Below, one piece after another: positions 21,001-30,000 of a stretch of 64,000 bases of DNA. The DNA comes from Clostridia bacterium (GTDB lineage: Bacteria > Bacillota > Clostridia > Christensenellales > UBA1242): NCBI GenBank assembly GCA_017501645.1, contig JAFVWN010000060.1:91063-155062 (forward strand), in the 5' to 3' direction. Positions within the stretch are counted from its first letter, which is position 1; each line of letters opens with the position of its first letter. The position numbers and the translations under genes are program-made. Below the pieces are notes generated by a model. It searched no databases. It was given only the letters and a program-made list of their open reading frames with translations, and was not told where the DNA came from.

Positions 21001-24000
21001 TGCGAGTGCGAAGACCATGAATGCGAATTTGGTAAAGAGGGTTGGTCTGAACTTACTCTTATGAGTAATGAGCTTGAACATCCATACCTCACTCTATCTA
21101 CTGCAGACACTGTTATAGTTGCAGTATATAAGAAAGTTGTTGATGTAAGTATTACTTATGACAATAGAGAAATGAATATTGAGCTTCCTACCGGAAATAT
21201 GGATAGTTTAGGTAAAGATGTTTTAATTACGGTAGACGATACAAAACATACAACAACTATTTCTGGTAAGTTCTATTTTGATACTTATCAACAATTCATT
21301 GTTTCCCCAGTTGGTGGTTACAGATTTGATGGATTTGAATATCAAGTAAGTAAAGATGGTGAATGGTCAGCTGTTTACACAACTGGTTATGACGATAAAC
21401 ATATCCATTATATTGATAGAAACAATGAAGTTAAAGATCATTATGACATATCACTTAATAGTGTTATTGGCGTAAGTTATGCTATGAGTGAGTGTATTGT
21501 TGAGTGTGAAAAACACAAAGACCCTTATGAAAAAGTAAGAATAACTATCAAGGCTAAGAAAATAACTCTTGTTCATATTGAGGTTGAAAACTTTTATGCA
21601 TTTAATGAAGGCGAATATACTTTCAGTGGTTGGAATTTTGCCTTATATGATATAGGTTTACAGCATGGTAGCGAACCACAATTAATAGTGAAAACTATCA
21701 ATAGTGAAGACCAAGAAAAGATTGAAGTTTTACTTGAGTATAACGACCAAGTAAGAGAAGGTAAATCTGGTGAAAAATCATTCCATCATTATTATGTCAA
21801 AGATAGTGCAGGAAATCTTGTTCAAGGAAATATTGACCAAGGCACTTTGAAACTTTATGGATATTTTGATGTGGAAATGTCTGGAAACTTATTGCTCGTT
21901 GCATTTGATGGCTCTTCAGTAATAAGAAAATGGTATATTAACGGTCATCCAAATACCACAGATACTTATGAAAACTTATCTTCATATGGAATACCAGAAC
22001 AAAGAAAATCTTTTGCAGCACAATTTGATGCAGCATTTAACATTCACTTCCACTACCCTGAAAGCATTGATAACGGTAAGGGTTCAACTATTGATTATAA
22101 TACTAACAACTATTTTGCATTAGATAAAGATAATGATGTCTATTATGCAAGAGCCGTTATTGAGGCCGCTTCAAGCGTTACTATCACCCACACCTTTATT
22201 GAATCAATTGAGGGAGATGGTGCGACAAGAGTTGGTGTAGAAGCAGGAACAGGTTCATATAGTAGTGTTCAAGCATACTCAATTCTTGCTTATAATGGTA
22301 GCTTCTCATATATTGACGGTGCTGGAAATATGGTTACCGAAAATAATGGTACATTTGCTGTTAAAAACAAAGGTGAATATAAGTTTAGTGAGGACACAAC
22401 ACTTAACATAAGCGTTCAAGCAGAGTTCATTACAATTGATGGAAAACTCTATAAATTCCTTGGTTGGTTTGACTCATACGGAACAGCAGGCTCTGCATCT
22501 TCATATATAATTTCTCGTGAGATGTCTCTTTCAGCAATGGAACCTAAGGGTGTTTATGAGGCTAAATATGTAAGAGTTCATAGAGTTGAACTTGACTATA
22601 ATGCTTTTGGACAGATTGAAGTTGATCCTTATAATGAGATAGAAGCACTTAGCCCTGATTATAATCAAAATGTACCTACTGAGGTATTTGGATATTATGA
22701 CGGTGGTCACTATTACATTATGAGTGGTGCAGAATTGATTATTAATGCATATGCAACTGAAGGTTATGTTCTTCCTGACTTCACTGTTACCCCACTCGAG
22801 GATGCACCTGGTGAGTTAAAACACGAAACTGAAGATAACATTGATTACTTAAAATTAACCGTTCACGAAGTTGACAGAGCGGTTCGTGTCTCAGCAAACT
22901 TTGATGAAGGTTATGATATTACAATTAACCAAATGTTACATTCTTCTGTTGATATGGCTCAAGATGCGGAGTATTTATCAACAGTTTATAGCTATATAAC
23001 ATACAGAGATAGAGAATTAAAGACAACTAGATATGCGGTTCCAAAAAATAGTACAGTTAAGTTCTCTGTTAAAGGTGAAGAAGCTGAAGAAAATGAATTT
23101 CCTGAATACTTCTTCCTTGGTTGGTATATTGATGATGTTCTTATGTCAAGAGATATTACCTCAGGTGCAATTTTATACGATTACGAACATACATTAACAA
23201 AAGACCTTGTTATTGAAGCTAGATTTGTTCCTTATGTGAATGTCGTTGTCAGCAGTAGAGTTGTAGGAATAAATACTACAGTAAACAAATTTGCTTATAC
23301 AATGACATATAAAGATTTAAGAACAAATACTGAATGTACTTATTCAAAAACAACTCAAATATCATTACCAATGGGTCTCGTTGTAAACTTAGTGGCTAAT
23401 GATGAAAATGTAAGTAATGCTTATGAGTTTGTTGGATGGAAGATGATGCAAGGTACTACAGTACTTAAAACATTTGCTTCTGAAAAAGACGCTAACATTA
23501 CCCTATCTTCAGATTTGATACAAAATGATAAAATATATATTTATGCTTTGTATGGTCGAAAGACAACGCTAAATTTATATAAGAATATAACAATTCGTGA
23601 AGAAGACCGTGCTACATATTTAGTAAATGGTGAACTTAGTGATGAATTTATGTCAATGTTTGACTTAGTTGTTGAATACATTGATATTTTTGGAAACACT
23701 AAGACTATAAGACTTGGAGCAAATGAGTCTATTCTAGATATTTCAGCATCTCAATACACATCAGTTAAGATTAAGTATGAAATGTCAAATGTGGTAGCTG
23801 ATAGATACTATTTAGATAATATACTTGTCAAGAGTTCTGGAAACACAAAATATACTTATACTGCTACTTATTTTGAAGACCAAGAATGGCAAACAGTAAG
23901 CTTAAGCAGTAATGTTTCAATGAACATAACTGCAACATTTAAACCATCAAGTGCAATCACTATTGCAACTGAATTAAATGGTACAAAACAAGACATATTT

Positions 24001-27000
24001 AGTTCTAGAAATGATGTTGTATATGAATTTGGTACTGGAGATAGTGCAATTAAAGGAACTGTTGATAATGGTTCAAAGGCTATAAAAGTTCCTGCAATTT
24101 CACAATTTACAGTTACAGCTACTAGCCCAGCATATGGAAATGGTGGCGAAATTTATTATAAGTTTGTTGGTTGGTATAATGGTGGTACATTAATCACAAC
24201 AGATTTAGTGTTAACAGAAGCAAAAGCTTCAGGAAAAATAGTATTTGGTACAAATATAAACCTAACAGCAAGATATGTTGCGGTTGTAAACAATATTACA
24301 ATCAATAGAGTATTTGATGGTTCAACACCAGATATTGAAAAAGCAAATGCTCTTGAGGTTAGTGCAACTGCTAATTTCTATAGAAACAACATAAATACTG
24401 GTACCGGTGATATCAAATTGTTTACTCTTGCAATTGAAGATGGTAAAACTTCAGCGCAAGACGAACTTATTGTTGCTAATCAAAAAGTTATTTTGATAGC
24501 CACTCACCTAGCTGGTTATGATTTTGTTGGTTTTGAAGTTGTCCAAGGCGAGTTATTAGATGATGGTGCATATGTAACAAACAGCTTTAATACTGTAAAA
24601 CATATTACTCCTGCCCCATGTCAATCTCTAGTAATAAATGCAATATATAAAGAAAAAACATATTCTGTAAACTATGTGGTTACATCTTATAACAGTACAT
24701 CAAATGAAGGTGGAGCTATCTCTAACTATACCGAATATGTTGGTCCAAGCGAAACATCAATTTCATTTGCTATATCAAATGCAAGTTTTAAAGCTTATAT
24801 TAACGGAAATGCTGTTTCTCACTACTCTACTGGCGGAACATATACAATAGCAATTCCAAGTTCTTGTAGAAATTGCGATTTGACAGTTGAATTAAGGTAT
24901 ATTGCATCGGAATCATATTCAACAATTAATGCAGGTTCAGGAAAGAGTTGGTTTGTAAAAGATGCTCACGAAGAGATGTATGCAATTTCTCATATGAGTA
25001 ATCTAAAAATTCTTTCAAGCGATTATGCTAAACTCAATTTAGTTTCAGCTAAAGACCCTTATTCAGGTACTCTATTTAATACAACTTATAGAATTGATTA
25101 TTATGATGGAAACACTACGAATCCTGTTTCAAGCTCTGCAGTAACAACAAATAAACCAACCGACAAAATAATTGTTGGTGCAGACAACAAAAAATATGTA
25201 TTTGAAGGATATTGGGCAAGAATTGGTACTGCTTCATCATATACATTTATCAAAGTTGGAAGCACAATTGATGCAAATGTTGGTGGATATTGGTCAAATA
25301 TTATTGCTAAATATAGAAGAGTTGAAGAGGTAAACCTCACTCCTTCTGTAAAAGGTGCGAGTCATACCGTTTCATATGTAAGAACTCCATTTGCTATAAA
25401 CCCAACTTATGTTAATACTGCTATTGGTGATGGAAGTCAATCTACATATTATGCATTTGTAAGTGGCTCTAACTTGACACTCAGTGTTAATCCAAAAACA
25501 GCATTAGATATTTCAACAAAGAAAGCAACTTATGTTTTAGTTGATGGAATAACAACTTCTTATAGTTCAAGAATTGATTCAATTATTGATTCTTATACTC
25601 TAGCAAGAAACAATGTTCAAACAACTATAAACTTGCTTGGAACAAAAATAAATGGAGCTGTATGTTCTATCTCTGCAAACACAGGAAAAACAGCAATTCC
25701 AAGAACTGCCTCAACAAACGGAGTTGGAGACTCTGTGGCAATAAATCCTATTAATGAAGAAATTAATCTATCTCTCAGCATCAATGTAACTGGTGCTGAA
25801 GAGGTAGATAGAATTTCTACAATGTATGTAAATATCTATTCTACTGATGGTACATACTATGAACCTTTAGCTATAACTAAAGCAACCGGAATAACGACAA
25901 TCACTGTTAAAACGGGTAGCACAATTTCATTAAGTTATAGCATTGGTGACCACAAACAATTCTTGTATTATTCAATAGCTGGAGTTCAATATAAAGACAT
26001 TACTTATAACTATACAATAGCCGATGGCTACGGCTCAAATATAACTATTGTTGGTTATTTTACAGGAAAGTATACTGCTTCTATTGAAGAGAATGATACA
26101 ACAAAGGGTGTTGCTTCATTGATGCAAACGACATCAACATCCTCAACATACAACCTTTCAATAACTAATAAAGATAGCTTTATGATTTCAGGAATCTACT
26201 TTGCAACAGTTGAAAGTGGTAATGATGGAACTTATGATTATTCTCCATTGTTCTTAAACAGTTTACATCTTAGCTATTCAAATAAGCAGTTGTCATCAAT
26301 CTCTGGAATGGTTAGTTCAGTTTCTTACACATTTATAAAATCTTCTCCAGATGATGACAGTAAAACATATAATACTGCCCTAACCTTAAGATTTACAGCA
26401 TTAGACAATGTTGTTATCAAGATTGAATATATGCATGTAACAAAACTCATAATTGAGGTTAAGGAAAAGAATGCCGTTCAAGGTCAATACACATTCTATT
26501 TGAGTGAATTTGCAGACCCTGAATTAAAAGTGGCTGATGAATTGACTTTAGAAAAACTCAAGGCGAGAATTGATGGAATTTCAAGTGCTACACTAAGAGA
26601 TGCGCTAGTGTATCTACCTGAAGATTTGTGTACATTCTCATTTGAGGGAAATACCTTTGATGACACAGTGTCAATCAATCACACTAAGAGAGATAATGTG
26701 CTAGTTACTCTTAATAGATTAACTCAAGTTGAGGTTACTGTTTATATAATTATGAATTTTGAAAAGACTGACGGAGGTGCAAATTTATATAACACACCAA
26801 AAGAAGGATTGCAAATTTCATATGATGACACTACTGTAGCAAAATATAATAGTTCAACAAAGTTTACTTATGTATCAGCAAAATCAAAACCAATAGTAGC
26901 CGAAGATACAAATGGTTTCTTTAAATTTGATGGTTATTATGTTGGTGATGACAAAGAGGAAGATTTACAAATCTCAAGTTCGAGTGACTATGTTCTTCTT

Positions 27001-30000
27001 TCTACAGACTTTGGTGGTACAAAGTTTAAAAAGCAAGCTGATGGTTCATATGCTGTTTACGCAATATTTACAGAAAGTTTATTAACCATCACAATTGATG
27101 CCGACTTTGGTAATAATCAAGCATCATTTGCGATTTCTCAAACAGATACCGAAGACGGTTATAAGAATTTCACCGAAACAAAACAAACATTATCCTTTGT
27201 TAACGCAAGCGGTGAAGATATAGGAAACTTGACATATTTCTTTAACACAGAAACTGAGCAGTATGAAATGACCTACCCTGCCAGCCTTGTTAAAAATAGT
27301 ACTCAAATTTACATTAAAGCAATTGACTTTGACGAAGAAGTAACTGATGATGTTTATATTACTGAAGTTTTATCTGCTCAAGGTATAACTAAGTTCTATC
27401 AAAAGACAATAAAAACAGAGGGTAACTCAGTTGATAATGAATATTATAGATTCTATAGATTCGTTGATGCGGGCGGATTGATGGTTGGTAATCTATACAC
27501 AAACTTTACAGCTGTCGACCTTGGAGGTTACGAGACAGGTACAAGCCTTACTGCAGAAACCAAAGAGCTTTATATGATTGAGTACACATATAACTATTTA
27601 CCTGATTTGTTCTATATTGATATGACAATGACTGTTCTAAAAGGTTCAACATTGTCTACAATCACAATAGGAACAACACAAGGTCAATCATATAAAGAAT
27701 TTGATAAAGCACTTATAAGATATCTTGCAGAAAAAGATATGAACATAACCGTTGGTACACACTTCTTACCTGGATATGATTACGCTTTGTATGCAGATTT
27801 TGAATCAATTGTATACTCAAAGAGTGTAATGATTAGTGATATACTACTCAAAGAAGGTAATGAGTATGTTCTTGGCGAAAACGGAGTCCCTGGAACACCA
27901 ACTAAACTTCACAATAAAGATAATGTTGCACCTTGCGGATATTATATTGATACCGCAAAAGAATATTGGGATACACTACTCAATGAAGGAGTAACCGGTG
28001 TTTATACAGCTAAGTTCCTCCCTGTTGCAAATTATTACAAGAGTGAAAATGCATATTCAAAATTTGAATCATTCAACTTCTTAGCAAAAGAAAATACTTC
28101 TTTTGTTGCAGACTTCTATAATATTGCACAAAATATTAAATATTTCATATTCTCTATTCTTTCAAACTATGATTATGATGGATTTGTGAATAATGAATTT
28201 AAGACTTCTGGTCACGATTTCAAAGTGTCATTCAGTTCTGGAAAAATGGGACTTGGTTATTTCTTCACAATTACCGCTGCTAATACTGATTATGAAATAA
28301 CTACTCAAGCCCCATTAACAAAGGACCTTGATTCAGGAAAAACTAGAAATTATGCTCAAGACTTCTTTGATGATGAGGCAAGTATAAAAGCAGAAGATGA
28401 TTCATCTCTTGTAAAAATAACACCATATTTCAAAAATAGTCCTTTTGATGAAAGAATTCGTGCTGAACTTCAATATAAAGGAACAACACATGCTATTACA
28501 ACAGACAAATCTGCAAGTGATTTACAATATTCACAAACTAATATCCATATGATGATTAGTAATGTAGCATATCTTGACTTCTCGGCATTAAAACTTATTA
28601 AACACTATCAAGAAGAAGGAATTTTATACGGTTCTAACGGAATGCCAGAAAAAGAAACAAAAGATGCATTGTCGTATTATGTTGAGGGAGATATTCCTAC
28701 ATATAAAAACTACAATGATTATATTGTCAAATATGAACAAAAACCATATGCATATAGCGGAATTGGTTATAAAGTAAAAGCAGAAATTATTGAAGGTTAC
28801 TATTTTAAAGGCTTTATAATGGTAAGTTCTGGGTATGATGCGACCTATGACTTAATGGGCTTTGGTGGAGAAACAGTAAGACCTACAGGCAAAACATTCA
28901 CCTATATCCCACACAAAATGAATACAGATATTGACGAAGATGGTAATGAATATTATACTTCTGCTGAAACTGTAGACTTCTTTACATTGGAGTATGCAAC
29001 AAAAATATATGCTCTTTATGAAGCAAGAGTATATGTAATTAATGTTAGCACTTTTGAGTTCAAAGAAGACAATGAAAAACTTTATGCTGAACACAACTCA
29101 GGTGAGCAAAAAGGTGAAATTGATAACGAAAAATCAATGATGACTACACTTGATGTTGAGTCTTCAATAATTAAAGGTTCATTAATTGTTGAACACGGTG
29201 AAGATGCGAAATTAACTTCTCAAAACTTGCTATTTATGCAATTTGTTGGTTGGGCAACCACTAAAGAATTTGATAATGATAGTTTATCTTATGACGACAA
29301 ATTCAAAGTTGCATTTGATACAGGTTTGGGGCTTAAAGGAAATTATGATTTGCATGTTGATGAAGAACACTTAACCACTCTTAAATATAATGATGTTAAA
29401 GTTGGTTACTATGATAAAGATGGTGCTTATCACGGAGATATTCAAGGTTATAATGTTGAAAAAGATGAGTTTGCAGTATCAACAGCAAGAAACAATATTT
29501 ATATCTATGATATGAATAGAGATATAGATATTATTGCCTACTATACTTATATTTCATATAGAATTACTATTAATTTAGCAGACATTATACCAACATACTA
29601 TTATGCAGATAAATATGCAACTGATCTTCGAGGAACAACAACCTACCTCACCTATCCAGATTATATAAGAGAGACACCAGGATGGACGAACCCTTCTGCT
29701 GGTACTTATAATCAATCTTGGGATTGGGGCACAAACGAATTAAATGAACGAGAATTTACTAGCAGTGTATACATTGACTCTCACGACCCTTATGTTTACA
29801 CTTATGTTGATAATGAAGGTAATGCATTAACTTACCCTACAAAAATCCAATATAGTCTTATAGATATTTCAAAGAGCCAACAAACTGGCAATTTGGTTTA
29901 TAAAAAGATAAGTAAATCAGGAACATATCAAAATGTATTATGTGCAAAAAAATACGGAGCAGGTACTCCTCTTCCTTACTATGATAGAGCTGAAGATATT

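Noticed and set aside
20623-21081. A 152-aa antisense ORF, along with others listed inside the giant gene (12139-12327, 13175-13363, 14704-14976, 18415-19089, 25101-25340, 26496-26678, 28852-29094, 30165-30431 and several same-strand alternative-frame ORFs).
   Set aside because: All are short and hydrophobic or low-complexity. They lie antisense or out of frame to a 6,603-codon ORF and have no RBS. This is what chance predicts in a long, codon-biased AT-rich gene.
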